Under the pieces are notes generated by a model. The model ran no database searches, was not told the origin of the DNA, and worked only from the letters and a program-made list of their open reading frames with translations. From the NCBI RefSeq assembly GCF_004010195.1, contig NC_057718.1, positions 98,625,646 through 98,689,645 of the forward strand: a DNA stretch of 64,000 nucleotides, given 5' to 3'. Both the position numbers and the translations under genes were made by a program. This document shows, piece by piece, positions 25,516 to 40,197 of this stretch; within the stretch, counting starts at the first letter, position 1; each line of letters begins with the position of its first letter. The stretch is from Chiloscyllium plagiosum. Taxonomy: Eukaryota.

Positions 25516-25811
25516 TAGTGGTTAGCACTGCTGCCTCACAGCGCCTGAGACCCGGGTTCAAATCCCGCCTCAGGCGACTGACTGTGTGGAGTTTGCACAT
25601 TCTCCCCGTGTCTGCGTGGGTTTCCTCCGGGTACTCCGGTTTCCTCCCACAATCCAAAGATGTGCAGGTCAGGTGAATTGCCCATGCTAAATTGCCCATA
25701 GTGTTAGGTAAGGGGTAAATGTAGGGGTATGGGTGGGTTGTGCTTCGGTGGGAGGGTGTGGACTTGTTGGGCCGAAGGGCCTGTTTCCACACTGTAATGT
25801 AATCTAATCTA
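25516..25811 (+). mobile_element. HE1-like SINE (young)
   Basis: Nearly identical in structure to 1-305; taatctaatct tail. Confidence 0.9.
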
Positions 25812-27055
25812 AAGATACCACACTGGATTAGATCCTCATAGCAAATTTGGAATCACTGCTTCCAGACTCCAAAGTTAACTCATTTGATTCAAAATCATCT
25901 CCATTGCAGTCTCTGATTCCAAATCTTAAGCGAGCCTGTTTTCATGTTCAACCTGGGCTGATCTTTCATCACAAAGTTTGGCTACTTTTATCTTTGGAGT
26001 ATTAATTTTCCAATCTCGCCACCACTACCACGAAGAGACATAAACATGTTGTTCCTACCATTTTAAACACAATTTCTTTGGCTTCTCTGGCAGCTACTCC
26101 ATCTCTTGCCTGGCCAGCACCACCCACCAATCTTGATGTCTCTCCCCCAGGTTTGCTCGGCTTCACCTTTGAAACTCCCCTCCAGCTGAGGTTCCATCCT
26201 GAGCCCTGATGATTCTGACCAGCTTCCATCCACTACCATCCTCACAGCATTTACATATGCGTTGCCATTGGGGGAAGAATCTTCAACTTTGCTTAGGTTT
26301 CCCTATACCCTCGAGGAAGGTGAAAAACAACCTCATATGTTAATGCAAATTTCAAAGATTACACACTGTTGATAATTATTAATCACTTCAGTTCTAAAGA
26401 AGTTCAGAAATTTTGTGTCACTTTCTTCCTGTCTACTTCTCTCTCCACCCTTAAGAACCTTGGGAAAAATTCAACTTTTTGACGAACCTTTTAGCTTTTG
26501 AAAATGCTACACATGAAGATGAAAATTGGTGGGGCTGCCATCTCTGTTGGGGAATGGGGATGTGTTATTTCACCTTCAGAGGCAGAAGCAAGGTGAGGTC
26601 AACATTCAAGGCTAGATTGGATCAATGTAATGATTGGGAGTGAGATGGGTGAATGTGATTAGGATTATGTCTTTTTATAGGGAGCAGCTAATAGTAGTTG
26701 GCTGGATGATTCGTCAGTTTCTGTGTTCTGACTTCTATGTAATTCTATGTTTTTCTGTGTCTATTTCTATGTGTCTCACCAGTCTATTGCTAAAAAATGA
26801 ATTAAGCAAAACATTTCCTCATACTTCAAGAAACATGATGCCCACAGTGCATTTTAAGAAAAATCAAAATAGAGAAATAAAGAAGTTTTGTGTTTAATTA
26901 ATGTATATATATCATTAACCAAAGCAGGATCACTTTTGATAAAACTGCTTACATCTTGCAGCCTTTCCCAATGAGACATTAAGAGTTACACAAGCCTATG
27001 TATAATAAGTATGTGAAAGCCATGGTAACAAAGAGCCATTCTGTTGTGTGTGTCT

Positions 27056-27061
27056 TTTATT
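27056..27061 (-). terminator. Candidate polyadenylation signal of ANKEF1
   Basis: AATAAA on the minus strand ~60 nt after the stop codon. Confidence 0.5.
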
Positions 27062-27121
27062 CCTTCACATTCCTCTGCTCAATGCAAGCATCCCAAATGT
27101 CTGCAGTGGCAAACGTCCTGC

Positions 27122-27280
27122 CTATTTGGAAGAGGAGTTATTTATTTCTTCCAATTTCTTTTTGATATTTCTCTTGAAAGGCATTAGGTAAGCATTAAAA
27201 TCCACTTCATAGGTGAATTTCTCCCGGTTTTGTACTCTTCTTTGAATTAGCTCTTCAGTTGTTGGTGGGGTGGTCCATAT
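27122..27280 (-). CDS. ANKEF1: ANKEF1-like last coding exon
   Basis: ttgcag|IWTTPPTTEELIQRRVQNREKFTYEVDFNAYLMPFKRNIKKKLEEINNSSK*. Confidence 0.92.
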   Translation of the reverse strand: MWTTPPTTEELIQRRVQNREKFTYEVDFNAYLMPFKRNIKKKLEEINNSSSK

Positions 27281-27549
27281 CTGCAATGAAATGTAAAACT
27301 CTCTCAAACCATCAAAATTCAGATAGTATAGTGAAAATTGGCTATTTCCGTGCAGAGAAAAGTCACATTTGTGACCTTCTTACTCTTTATAGAAAGGAGA
27401 AACAAAAAGTACAATTGTGTTGAATTTACTTGTTTCTCTGATAAAGATCCATTATCGGGGACTTCGTACGCAACATTTTGGTGGGGGGATGTTGTGGAGT
27501 GTGTCTTCATTTCGGTGAACTTCCTAACTCCCTGAATTCCTAACTCCCT

Positions 27550-28216
27550 AGAGTCATAGGGTCATAGAAATGTACATCATGGAAAGAGACCCTTCAGTCC
27601 AACTTGTCCATGCTAACCAGATATCCCAACCTAATCTAGTTCCACTTGCCAGCACCCAGCCCATATCCCTCCAAACCCTTCCTATTCAAATACTCACCCA
27701 GATGCCTTTTAAATGTTGCAATTGTACCAGCCTGCACCACTTCCTCTAGCAGCTCATTCCATACATGTACCACCCTCTATCCCTTAGGTCTCTTTTATAT
27801 CTTTCCCCTCTCACCCTAAACCTAAGTCCTGTCGTTCAGGACTCTCCTACCCTAGGGAAACGACTTTGTCTATTTATCCTATCCATGCCCCTCATGATCT
27901 TATAAACCTCTATAGGGTCAGACCTCATCCTCTGACACTCCAGGGAAAACATCCCCAGGCTATTCAACCTCTCCCTGTAGCTCAAATCCTCCAGCCCTGG
28001 AAACATCCTTGTAAATCTTTTCTGAACCCTTTCAAGTTTCACAACATCCTTCCAATAGGAAGGAGACCAGAATTGCATGCAATATTCCAAAAGTGGCCAA
28101 ACCAATGTCCTGTACAGCCATAACATGACCTTCCAACTCCTGTATTCAATACTCTGACCAATAAAGGAAAGCATACCAAATGCCTTCTTCACTATCCTAT
28201 CTCTCTGCAACTCCAT
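27550..28216 (-). mobile_element. CR1 LINE 3' end
   Basis: LYRTLVWPLLEYCMQFWSP...LERVQKRFTRM. Confidence 0.9.
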
Positions 28217-28471
28217 TTGTTACATTCAGTTTAAATTACAGAACCACTTTGACTGAGTAGGTTTTCAAGGCACATGATTCCGTTCCCATGATCTGTTTAT
28301 GTTGTGGTACTGTTTGTACTACACTGCAATCCCGAATATGCAAGATCCGTGCATGTAACACACAAAAATTGTGAATGTGACCTCAAACAACTTGCATTTG
28401 CACCATCGTTGTGGAAGTGTAGATATCAGAAAGTGATACTATATCTCTAACTCACATGATGTTGGGAAAGG

Positions 28472-28675
28472 GGTGGCATGGTGGCTCAGTGGTCAGTACT
28501 GCTGCCTCACCGTGCCAGGCACCTGTGTTTGATTCCAGCCTTTGGTAACTGTCTGCATAGAGTTTGCATATTCTCTTTGTGCCTGCGTGGGTTTCCTCCC
28601 GTTGCTCCAGTTTCTTCCCAAAGTGCAAAGATGTGCAAGTTAGGGGGATTGGCCATGCTAAATTTATCATAGTGA
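28472..28675 (+). mobile_element. HE1-like SINE (partial)
   Basis: tRNA-like head plus conserved body. Confidence 0.8.
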
Positions 28676-29730
28676 CCAGGGTGAGGTCGAGGTGAACAAT
28701 ATTCAGGGAGTTTAATGCTGGAGTGAAAGGAATGATCAAACATTAAAAAAACACATGAAAATTTACTTTGATATTGAATTAGTTTTGGATCATTAGAATA
28801 TGTCCAGAATGTGGAGTATTGGTGAATGCAGCAGTTGTGTGGCGATCAGGCTACTGATAGAAGTGAAATTAAGTGGTGTCCAACTCCAAGCTGAAGGAGA
28901 GCCAAGTTTATCAATTGGACAGGACATCAGGGAAGGGAGGTCAGTAGAAGGATATTGGAGGTTGAGGTTCAGGTGGGAGGTTCAGTGGATCAGGATGTTG
29001 GAAGGTTGAAGATCAGTGGGGAGCTGGATGGGGTGTTATTACCCAGGAGTTGGACACAGTTTTTAACCTACTAACATTTCCTAGGTAACAATCCTGGTAA
29101 ATAAGTCATATCTCTCCCAAGTTTTAAATATAAAGGGAAGTCGCAGTCCTGCTGCAGTTGCAGTCCGACTATAAGGGTGCTCTTTTATTAGAGGGACAAA
29201 GAGAGATGCTGGCTGTATAACCTGAGGGTCACCACGCCCCAGGCAAATGAGGAGGTTGTGAAGGAGAGCCCTACATGGTAACCTCAGCTGGTGCAGGAAT
29301 TGAACCTATACTGTTGGTTTTACTCTGTCTGTATCACAAACCAACTGTTCAGCCAGCTGACGCTTAATAGATTTGAAAATATTTGTGCAGAGTCCCAGGA
29401 GGCTGGGGAATTGCTCATTACATGTCTGAGCTTCCCGAACAATTCCAAGGATTCAGTGCTCTGGGACTTCCGAAGACTCTTAATGCATATCCTTAAACAT
29501 GAATCTGAACGTCTGGAAAATGGACGATCTGGGCCATTGAGTTACCATAGAACAGAATTTGACTTTACTTTTATTATGCCATTTCCATGCAATCTTCCTC
29601 TAGAATTCAGGCACCATGGCATGCTGACCTATTCTTTGGAAATTCTTAGGAACCTTGCAAACTTTCAGACCTTTAGGTTATTTACAATTTGTTGCAGAGA
29701 AAATGCTTTTGCAGAGCATTCTGTACTTAC

Positions 29731-29865
29731 AGTCTTTGGTACAAATGTAATGTCAACTTTCTTGGCAATACCACTGTTGAGCATTTCACTTTTCCTTGCT
29801 ATGCTATCCTTGGGAAACTCTCTCTTTGGTGATTTCAATGCGCGAGGCTGAGTTGAAAACGGTGT
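29731..29865 (-). CDS. ANKEF1: ANKEF1-like coding exon (135 nt; not in the ORF track)
   Basis: Manual translation: tttaacag|TPFSTQPRALKSPKREFPKDSIARKSEMLNSGIAKKVDITFVPKT|gtaagt; phase 0/0; KKVDITF motif as recalled for vertebrate ANKEF1. Confidence 0.88.
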
Positions 29866-31366
29866 CTGTTAAAATATAAATGCATGAGAGTAAAAAGTGA
29901 GTATTTATTTCAAGTGGAATTTTATCAATCAAACTGCATCAAAGAGAATATGCATGCTCCAGAATTCACTTAAACATTAGTTTTGCAACAATAAATCCAC
30001 AGAATTAAAAAATGGATGTTTTATATCAATCTTTTCGGTTAACATCTTGGAACAAATGGGACTTGACCTAGATCTTCTGACTCAGAGGTCAGGACACTAC
30101 CATTGTCCCAGAAGACCGCCTCCTTGTCCTAGAATTTCTGGATCACTGCAGTCCATGTGGTGTGGTTGCATCCCAATCATGAGGGGAAAGCCCCTGAAAA
30201 TACACTCCCAAGGCCAGGTGATAGAATATAGTGCTGACCTCAATGAATTCAACACATGCAATTCATTCGCATGACCTTTTGCCAAATTACTTTCCCTGAC
30301 ACTAAGAAAGAAATGTACCCTTGGATTATAGTTCAGTTTTTGATGGTGTCAATGGGTTCTATATTGGCAGGCATCTGGTGAAATGGCCACAAGGTTTTCT
30401 AGGCCAGTCTGTCCTAATGACGTTGAATAGTGGACAGCATGACATTTGAGCTGTGTAGGAATGTGTTCCTATGCGGCCCTGATGCTGGAGTACAGGAGAT
30501 AGGCCTGCTACTGGATCACCAACCCAAAACAGTCCCACTTTGGCATCTTCCTGGAGGTGCCCCTTGAGAAGGCACAAAACAGAATCCCCGACCCCTTGAG
30601 AGTGGCAAACTGGACTTTCAGAAGCTGGAAGGCCAGTCAGAAGCCTTCCTGCTTGCAAAGACCAGCAACTTGAAATGGATGGCAAATAATTGAGAGGGTG
30701 CTTTTCTCTGTAAAGGCACCCTCTCACCAACTTTCTTGATATCATAGACTTTAAAAGTTCCAACTGTGAGGCTTCAAGTGTTGATGGTGATGATGGTTGA
30801 TATAGAAGTGGTTGAGGGGGATGGGTGGTAGGGTGTTTCCTCTGCTGAGTGATCTTTAGTTACTGTTCAGGCAGGCAACGCTCCTGGGCTTGCCTAGAAT
30901 GCTGGCCCCTTCTCTCTGGAAAGTTTCAGGCTTCTTTTTAGTTTTTCCTTTTATTTCTTAAACAAATCTCTTTCTCTTAATGAATCTGAATGAACCTGCA
31001 AAAGGTGGCAGGCTAAAATTCATTTCTCTTACATTTTTTTCATCACTGCACCCTCTTTCCAAATTTGGAATCTACTTCTATCCTACCTCTGACTAAGTAG
31101 GAGAGTTAGATTTCCTATGAGGTGTTGGGGGTGGGAGCGTCAGGAAAGGTGTCTGACAATTGCCCCACAGTGATGTCACTGATGACCTGTCTATGTCAGT
31201 GCTGGAAAGCCGGGATGAGCTCATGTTCCACTCTCAGGCAAGGAATGGAAATCTAGCTCCACGGATGTCTGCACCCCATATTCACCAGCTCATAGAGTAG
31301 GCTACATCTTCAAAGTAAATTTATCAATACACCCACAAGAACAAGAGACAGGAGGTGCTGGTTTAC

Positions 31367-31545
31367 CATCATGTCAGTTCCAGCTAGAGTTGCCTGAAGC
31401 TTTGAAGAAGCCGAAGTGCCTCCTTTTGCACCTTTCCCACCTTTTTTGGGTTTCTCTTTCTTTGGAAGGCTATCCAGTTTCTCCTTGACCACTTGAGTTA
31501 TCCTTACGTCTGCATAGGCATTTGCAATATCCAAAGCATTTTGCC
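31367..31545 (-). CDS. ANKEF1: ANKEF1-like coding exon (179 nt)
   Basis: attag|GG QNALDIANAYADVRITQVVKEKLDSLPKKEK...TDMM|gtaaac. Confidence 0.9.
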
Positions 31546-33009
31546 CTAATTTAAATGGAACAAATAAAAATGGCTTTGGTGTCATGTTGTAAAATATACC
31601 ACACAAAAGTAATAGTGTCATCTGCCAGTGTCAAACCAATTTCTCCATCAGTCTCAAACATAATTGAGCAAAAAAAGGTCCAGTCCATAGAAACATCTGA
31701 GAGATAGAACAAAAAAATGCATATGTCTCTAATTTCTCAAGAAATCACAAATAATTTCACAGCCAAGCACTTTTGAAATGTATCTACTGTTGTACAGTAG
31801 GCAAACACAGCAGTTGAATTGTATACAAGGTGATACAAATAGGCATTGGATAAACTGCTCACCAGTTTTTATTGGTGTTCGTTGAGGGTGTAAATATTGA
31901 CTGGAACATTGTAAGAACTCCCTTGTTTCTCTTCAAATTTTGGCATGGGACGTCTTTTGTGTCCATTTGAGACTGCAGAAGTTTTAATAATTTTTTCAAA
32001 AGCATCAACTCTGAAAGTGCAGAGTATCTGAGAAATTCCTACATATGGCAACATGGTGTGGTAGATGTGGTGAGCAGGAGCATCAAAAGATTGTGGTGAA
32101 CAGGATTATTTGACTTTAATTTTACACTAAATGTTGCTTTAGAGAACCTAAAGAGAACTGAATTAAACACTGATGACATTCTTAAATGTATGGCTATGCT
32201 ATAGGTGTTCCATTAAAAATGTACTGCACCAAAGAAACAGCTTCATTAGTCAATGCCAATCAAATTTCTCCAACGTAATTGAGCAAAAATACTGCAAACT
32301 TTAGAAACTTAAAAAAGATTGGATAAAAAAATGCATGAATATGCATAGCATTCACAAGGACATAAACACGACAAAAATGAAAAAGTTAAACCTTTTGAAT
32401 ATCTTGACTCTCCCAGCTTACTCATTGACTCTCCATTTTTCAAATCTTCCAATTATGTCCTCTATATGTGTTTAAATAAACTATTACATTTGCATTACAG
32501 CCACCTTCCCAATTCTCCTGACCCATGCTCTTCATTTAAAACATATTAAATTCTCCTGTAAATCCTATAATTTGGAATTCAGGATTTTTTAAACAAAATT
32601 TTAACAATGCTGAAGCACTGAAATATTGACCCCTGGGATAAACAGGTTGCTGCACAGAAGCTAAAATGTGAAAACCCCACCCAGATCCACCAGTTTGCTG
32701 CCGTGTTTAAAATCAGTGGCCTATTTTAGTCTGGGGGAATGAGGACATTTTCTGCCTAGCTCCCTATGTCTTGGGGCAGAGTTTTAAACAATTAACTATC
32801 ATAGATCCATTGGAGTCTATGGTTTGTTGATAAGGATTTGGGGATTTCCGCTATAATGACATAAATGCAAAATGTAGGAAGGTTAAAAATGGATTGTTAA
32901 AAATTGAGTAACTGATGCGACTACAGCAAAGACTGGATTGTTATGTTAATATGTTTACCAGGGCATTATGAGCCAACCATCATGAGACCTGGACAGTATA
33001 TGATTTCAA

Positions 33010-33228
33010 GAGCTGAAAATGTGTTGCTGGAAAAGCGCAGCAGGTCAGGCAGCATCCAGGTAACAGGAGAATCGACGTTTCGGGCATAAGCCCTTCTTCA
33101 GGAAATGTCGGGCTTATGCCCGAAACGTCGATTCTCCTGTTCCCTGGATGCTGCCTGACCTGCTGCGCTTTTCCAGCAACACATTTTCAGCTCTGATCTC
33201 CAGCATCTGCAGACCTCACTTTCTCCTC
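33010..33228. mobile_element. Short palindromic Penelope-derived element (inverted terminal repeats)
   Basis: ~84-bp arms that are near-perfect reverse complements around ttcttcaggaaatgtc; same family at 11665-11800 and 47915-48057. Confidence 0.85.
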
Positions 33229-33687
33229 TATGATTTCAAGACCATAACTAAAACTGTAAGTAAAAGGAACAGAAGTAGGCCATTTGGCTCCTTGGACATG
33301 TTTGCCATTTATTTCAGACCCAATAATATTTATTTGTACTGCAATTGGGTTGGAACAGATTTCTGATTGGAGGACAGGTCGTGCCCAGCAGTTTGTAGCT
33401 GGGATTTAAAAATTATAGTGTTTTCTTAAAAAATTGAATCAAACTATAGTTTGGTCCTGTCTGTTGTGTAGTAACTCCATGTCACTGCATGGTGCAATCG
33501 AATACAGGCATGGTCAGACAGGCATAGGCATTTACAACACCAACACGACTGCTTCCAGAAAATAGGCAGGGCTCAAACTCCCATCAGGTCAATACTTTTT
33601 ATAACACTGACTCACACCCATGGGTTTAGGTTATGCATGACACTGATGATTCTGAATTCAGGTTGGATGTGGGTGAGGAATGGAAGA

Positions 33688-33867
33688 TCCGGTTTCCTCC
33701 CACAATCCAAAGATGTGCAGGTCAGGTGAATTGCCCATGCTAAATTGCCAGTAGTGTTAGGTAAGGGGTAAATGTAGGGGTATTGGTGGGTTGCGCTTTG
33801 GCGAGTCGATGTGGACTTGTTGGGCCGAAGGGCCTGTTTCCACACTGTAATGTAATCTAATCTAATC
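33688..33867 (+). mobile_element. HE1-like SINE 3' half
   Basis: Matches 25635-25811. Confidence 0.85.
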
Positions 33868-33994
33868 TCCAACTTAAAGAGGAAGACTTTAATGTTGAGA
33901 CATTATTGGACCAGGAACCAGGTCAGTGAGTACTGGGGTGAGAGGCAAATGGGGCTTACTGCAAACTAAGATATGCATAACCAAGTTTTAGGGT

Positions 33995-36600
33995 TGCATT
34001 CCTTCTGCCATTCTTTGGCCCATTGGCCCATCTGATCAAGATCCCATTGTATTCTGAGGTAAACTTCGTCGCTGTCCATTATACCCCCAATTTTGGTATC
34101 ATCTGCAAACTGACTAACTATACCTCCGATGTTCACACCCAATTATTTATATAAATGATGAAAAGCAGTGGACCCAGCACCAATCCTTGTAGTACACCAC
34201 TGGTCACAGGCCTCCAGTCTGAAAAGCAACCCTCCAACTTCTACCTTTGAGCCAGTTTCTGTATCCAAGTGGCTAGTTCTCCCTGCATTCTATGTGATCT
34301 AACTTTGCTAACCAGTCTACCATGAGGAACCTTGTTGAACGCCTTTCTGAAGCTCATATTGATCACATCCACAGCTCAGCTCTCATTATATTCTATTCAG
34401 TCCTCGCCTTTCCAAATACATGTATATTCTCAGGATTCCCTCCAACAACTTACCCACCACCAATGTCAGTATTACCTGTCTATAGTTCCCTGGCTTTTCC
34501 TTACCACCTTTCTTAAATAGTGGCACCACGTTAGCCATCGTCCAGTCTTCCGACACCAGACCTGTGGTTATCGTTGATACAAATAACTCAGCAAGGGGTC
34601 AGCAATCACTTCCCTAGCTTCCCACAGATTTCAAGAGTACACCTGATCAGGTCCTGGGGATTTACCCACTTTAATACGTTTAAAGCAGACCAGCACCTCC
34701 TCTTCTGTAATTTGGACAGTTTTCAAGATGTCGCTATTTATTTCCCCATATTTTTCCATTTCCACAGTAAACACTGATGCAAAATACTATTTAAGTATCT
34801 CCCCCATCTCCTGCAGTTCCACACAAAGGCTGTCTTGCTGATCCTTGAGGGGCCCCATTCTCTCCCTCGTTAACTTTTTGTCCTTGATGTATTTGTAAAA
34901 ACCCTTTAGATTCTTCTTAACCCTATTTGCTCAAGCTATCCCATGTCCCCTTTTGCCCTCCTGATCTCCCTCTTATGTATACTCCCCTACTGCCTTTATA
35001 CTCTTCTAAGGATTCACTTGATCTCTGCTATCTATACCTGACCAATGCTTCCTTCCTTTTCTTGACCAAAACCTCAGTTTCTCTAGTTACCTACCATTGT
35101 CTCTGGACTCTCATTATCTCATTTTTGAAGGCTTCCAATTTTCCGGCTGTCCCTTTACCTACAAACATCTGCCCCCAATCAATTTTTGAGAGTTCTTGCC
35201 TAATACCGTCAAAGTTGGCCGTCCTCCAATTTAGAACATTAACTTTTAGATCAGGTCTATCCTTTTCCATCACTATCTTAAAATTAATAGAATTATGGTC
35301 ACTGGCCCTAAAGAGCTTCCCCACTGACACCTCAGTCACTTACTCAGCCTTATTTCCCAAGAGTAGGCCAAGTTTTGCACCTTCTCTAGTAGGTACATCT
35401 ACATGTTGAATCAGAAGATTTTCTTGTACATACTTAACAAATTCCTCTCCATCCAAGCACTTAACACTATGCCAGTCAATGTTTGGACAATCCCCAACCA
35501 TAACCAACCAATTATTCTTACAAATATCTGAGATCGCCTTACAAATTTGTTTCTCAGTTTCCTGCTCACTATAGTACCTCGCACCAGTTCCTCAGCCATG
35601 CATTCATCTGCTCTATTCTCTTATACCTACCCTCACTAGCTCGCTCCAGGAGTAATTACTGCCCTTGTGGACTTCCTTTTTAAATTCCTGCCTAACTTCC
35701 CATATTCTGTCCTCAGAATCTCATCCTTTTCTCTTCCTATGCATTAGTTCCGATGTGTACAGCAACCTCCTGCTGGTCCCTCTCCCCTTTGAAAATATTC
35801 TGCATCCTCTCCAGGGAGGCAGCACACCATTCTGCTATCTCACTGTCGGCCACAGAATCATCTGTCTGTGCCTCTAACTAGAGAGTTCCCTATCGCAATC
35901 AATCACTTGGAATCTGACGTTACCCTCATTACATTAGAGCCAGTCCTGGAATCAGAAAACTGGTTGTCAGTGCTGAATTCCCCTGGAGGCCATCACCCCC
36001 TACATTTTCCAAAACTTGTTTAAGATGGGGATAGCCACAGGAGACTCCTGCATGACCTGCCCTCCTCTCCTACCTTTCCTGGAGGTCCCCTATCTACCTG
36101 ACAGTATCTTCAGTTTATCTTCCTTCCTGCAATGCCCCTAGCTCCTGTAAATTCCTCATTGCCTCTAAATGCCTCTCCAACTGATCCATATGATCTGATA
36201 GAATTCGCAATCAAGCATACTTACTGCAAACATAATCATCAGTAACATTGAAACTCTTTGTAATTTCCCACATCTGACAGGAAGAGCACCTCACTCTACT
36301 AAAGGCCATTTTTGCACCTTAATAACGTACAGACCTAGAAAATAGCACAGTGATACTGGTCTAAAAATACTGCTCCAGGTTAACTTAATATCTACGTTTT
36401 ATATTTTTAAAGTTACACATATCGATAAAGCATATAAACAAAAGGGAACCCACTCTACTCAATGATTGGAGATTTACACAAAAAAAAGTCGGGTTTCATT
36501 TAAAAAAGCGACTTAACTGCTCCCCTCTGTGAGTTCGCCCACATAGGCTTCTCCAAGGTCAACTTTGAATTGCACTGTTTGTTAATTTTTCTTAGATGAC
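33995..36600 (-). mobile_element. Long, internally deleted CR1 LINE (endonuclease/RT remnants and upstream region)
   Basis: SDHNSINFKIVMEKDRPDLKVNVLNWRTANFDGIRQEL; KFADDTK near 34090. Confidence 0.8.
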
Positions 36601-36619
36601 TCCAATGTCCAGAGATACT

Positions 36620-36890
36620 TCAGTAAGGTGTAGGATAAACCCTGTCAGTAAGTTGTAGGAGAGACCCTGTCAGTAAGGTGGAGGAGAGACCCTGCTGACA
36701 ATTTGTAAGAGAGACCCTGCTCACAAGATATAGGGTAAACCCTGTCAGTAAGGTGTAGGAGAGACTTTTCCATTCGGGTATAGGACAAACCCTTCTAACG
36801 TTACACAGGAAATACATTGCCTATAAGATGTAGGTGAGACCCTGCTAGTGAGATGCAGGAGAGAACTTCCCGGTAAGGTGCAGGAGAGAT
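36620..36890. repeat. Degenerate ~26-bp minisatellite
   Basis: Repeated unit taaggtgtaggagagaccctgtcag. Confidence 0.8.
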
Positions 36891-37430
36891 CACAGGATAT
36901 CAGCAAGTAGAACAGTAATTTTAATACAGACCATCACTGATGCACAGGCACACCATCTATGGAACTTGTCAATAATATACATGCATGGTGATGTTAGCAG
37001 GGACCCTACACTTACAGGTACTGTACTGGTTGGAAAGAGCTTTAGGGCACCTTAAGCTTTTGAGGACATTATGTAAGAACAAGCTTTTTTTTTGTCTTTA
37101 TTTAATGTGCACAGATGAAGCTTGGGAATCACATCACTTGCAGCTGAGCCCATGATGCTGCAGGCACCACAAGACAGCATTGCTAGCTAACCACGTGCAA
37201 ACAAACCTTCTATCTTTTTGAAATATTAAGCATGTTCTCTTCTTTTACTCATTTCCCTCTTGGATTCTTTTTAACATTCCGAAAGTATTAACTGGAAAAT
37301 GTGGATCCACTGAGTCAAATCTTTGATTTATTGTCATGGACATGGTGGAACTAAAGAAAGTGCTGAGATGCAAAGCTGGCCGCTGATTCACAATCAGTCA
37401 CCTTACCCTTTCAAGTCAAGTCAAAATTCA

Positions 37431-37769
<339 letters not shown>

Positions 37770-39119
37770 CTAGCAGAGCTGTTCACTACTTGTACGTGCT
37801 TAGTCTAAGTGGTCATATTTAACTCAGTTAAAATGCTGGTTTAGGAAGATAATGTACAATATGACACCTACTGAGAAGACCCTTGCTGTAGTAATTTACA
37901 AGGGGTTTCCTGATAAACCTTTGTAAAGGATGTGATGTAACCTTATATCTTATGTCTTACTACAACACAAATATTTCATCAGTCCTGAATTGTTTGACAT
38001 TATTAAACAACCAAAATATATCAATGGCAAATAATACAAATCACTTAAGGAAATAATCAAAAACAAGTCCATATCAAATTGAATCTCAAACTAATTCTGG
38101 CAACCAATGACAAGACTGAACATAAAAATTGATAAAACCTAAGTGAATTAACAAAATAGTACTGGGAGACATTAAGCCCCAACTCTTCCTTGGCAAAGGA
38201 ACCTGCCAAACTTCAGTCGTATTTATTTTGAGGCATTTCACTTGCAGTATGCTAATAGCCTGTCATGAAATGGGGAGCTCTGAGGAGGTTTTGATGCATG
38301 ACAGTGTTACTCGAGGGGGCTGAAGTAGGATTAAGGCTCCTGATTTGCCTATGTTAATGGGCTAGGCCCTTTATCCAATATGGATAAAGAATGTCTTTCT
38401 CTTTGGCCCTTAACTCTATGGTCTCCAACATAGACTGCAGTGGAATTGTACATGAATAATATGGACGCTATGATATATATCTGTAGCACTTAAAGTACAG
38501 GTGCTACGGAGCTCAATTTATTGTTCCTCATCTCTTCCCTACTTGTCAGAAAGGATGCAAAGTGTATCCACAATTATCTGCATCACATCCAGATACTGTA
38601 GTCGTATTAAGATTCATACAGAAAGAGCAATCAAGGATACAGATAATGCTCCTTGCTGCCCTACTTGATGCAAGTAACAGCAAACATTTATCATCTTTGC
38701 TTTTTCAAGAAATTTCAATGACTAAAATCAAAAGAACAACATTGACACAAAATGAATACTTGCTTTCAACATACTTTACCTGATTTCTGGTCCCCAGCTC
38801 AGGGTAAACGATAAAAGATAAAAATTAGGAGGCCTCGCTATCATAGACAGATCATGGGGAATTTAAAGGAAAGTTAAGTCATCTGATTTCCTGGTGCCAG
38901 GTTCATGAACATGCTGTTGGTGGGCTCCCAGTATCGTTTCCACCGCTGGTGGCTCACTTGTCTTACTTTGCAATGGGGAAGGAAAGTTACTGGGACTGTT
39001 TGCCTCGCACACTTTGACTGGTGTTCCCAGTACAAGAGGAAACAAAAGATCTAAATAAAAAACATCAGCTATGGATTCAACTGTACATATTGCAATTAAT
39101 GAATAGTTTTATATATGAT

Positions 39120-39470
39120 AGTCATTGAGTTATAGAGATGTACAGCATGGAAACAGACCGTTTGGTCCAACTCATCCATACTGACCAGATATCCCTAAAC
39201 TGATCCAGTCCCATTTGCTAGCATTTGGCCCATATCCCTCTAAATCTTTCTTATTCATGTCCCCATGTAGGTATTTTCTAAATATTGTAATTGTACCAGC
39301 CTCCATCACTTTCTCTAGCAGCTCTTTCCATACATGCATCACCCTCTGCAAGAAAAAGTTGTCCCTTAGGTCCCTTTTAAATCTTTCCCCTCTCACCTTA
39401 AGCCTATGCCCTCTAGTTTTGAACTCCTCTACCCTGGAAAAGAGACCTTGACTGTTCACCCTATTCATTG
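39120..39470 (-). mobile_element. CR1 3' end
   Basis: KTRGHRLKVRGERFKRDLRDNFFLQRV. Confidence 0.88.
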
Positions 39471-40197
39471 GATACATCTGTATTTTTCATATCTTTTCAC
39501 AAATATTCTTTCTGTACGTGTGTGCATGGTAGTCCCTAGGAAGGAGGTGACTCTTGGTCTTGGAAAGACCCAGTGCGAGGAGTCTTAATATGTGTGTCAG
39601 TGTGTGTGAGCTGATCACCCAATCCACAGCATACCCATCTGGAATGCATTTGTAGGAACATTGCATAGGAAGTATTTGGATAAGTGCGTGAATAGGGAAG
39701 GTTTGGAGGGATATGGGCCAAGCGCAGTAAGGTGGGACTAATTCATTTTGGGATTATGGTCAGCATGGATTGGTTGGACCGAAGGGTCCGATTCAATGCT
39801 GTATGACTCTATCGCTACAAGTAGGCCATCTCGCCCTTCGAGCCTACTCAGCCACTCAGTCAGATCAAACCTGATCCATAATCTAACTCCACATGCCTGG
39901 CTTTGCCCTCATCACTCTAATACCATTGGCGAACAAAAGTCTATCAATCTCAGATACAAAATTAACAAATTGACAGACCAATTGTCATTTGGGGAAGGAT
40001 GTTCCAAATTTTTACAATCTCCTACTTGAACGTTGCTACAATTTGTGGACCACAATCTAGTTTCTCTCAATTTGCCCATCTGTTCCCCTCAAAGTCTTGG
40101 TGAAATTAACCATCAAATCAAGTGTGCAGAAATACTGCTTCAATAAAATCAATGCCAGATTACTTTTAACAGCAGCTAGAAAAGGAGTCAGGCATAC

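Noticed and set aside
25516..25590. tRNA-like sequences (here and in other SINE heads)
   Set aside because: They continue into SINE body and tail, so they are not tRNA genes
29291..29851. 186-aa plus-strand ORF
   Set aside because: Starts in a SINE, has no recognisable motif, and overlaps the real minus-strand ANKEF1 exon 29731-29865
36620..36890. Regularly spaced repeats resembling a CRISPR array
   Set aside because: Head-to-tail degenerate minisatellite with no unique spacers, in a vertebrate genome
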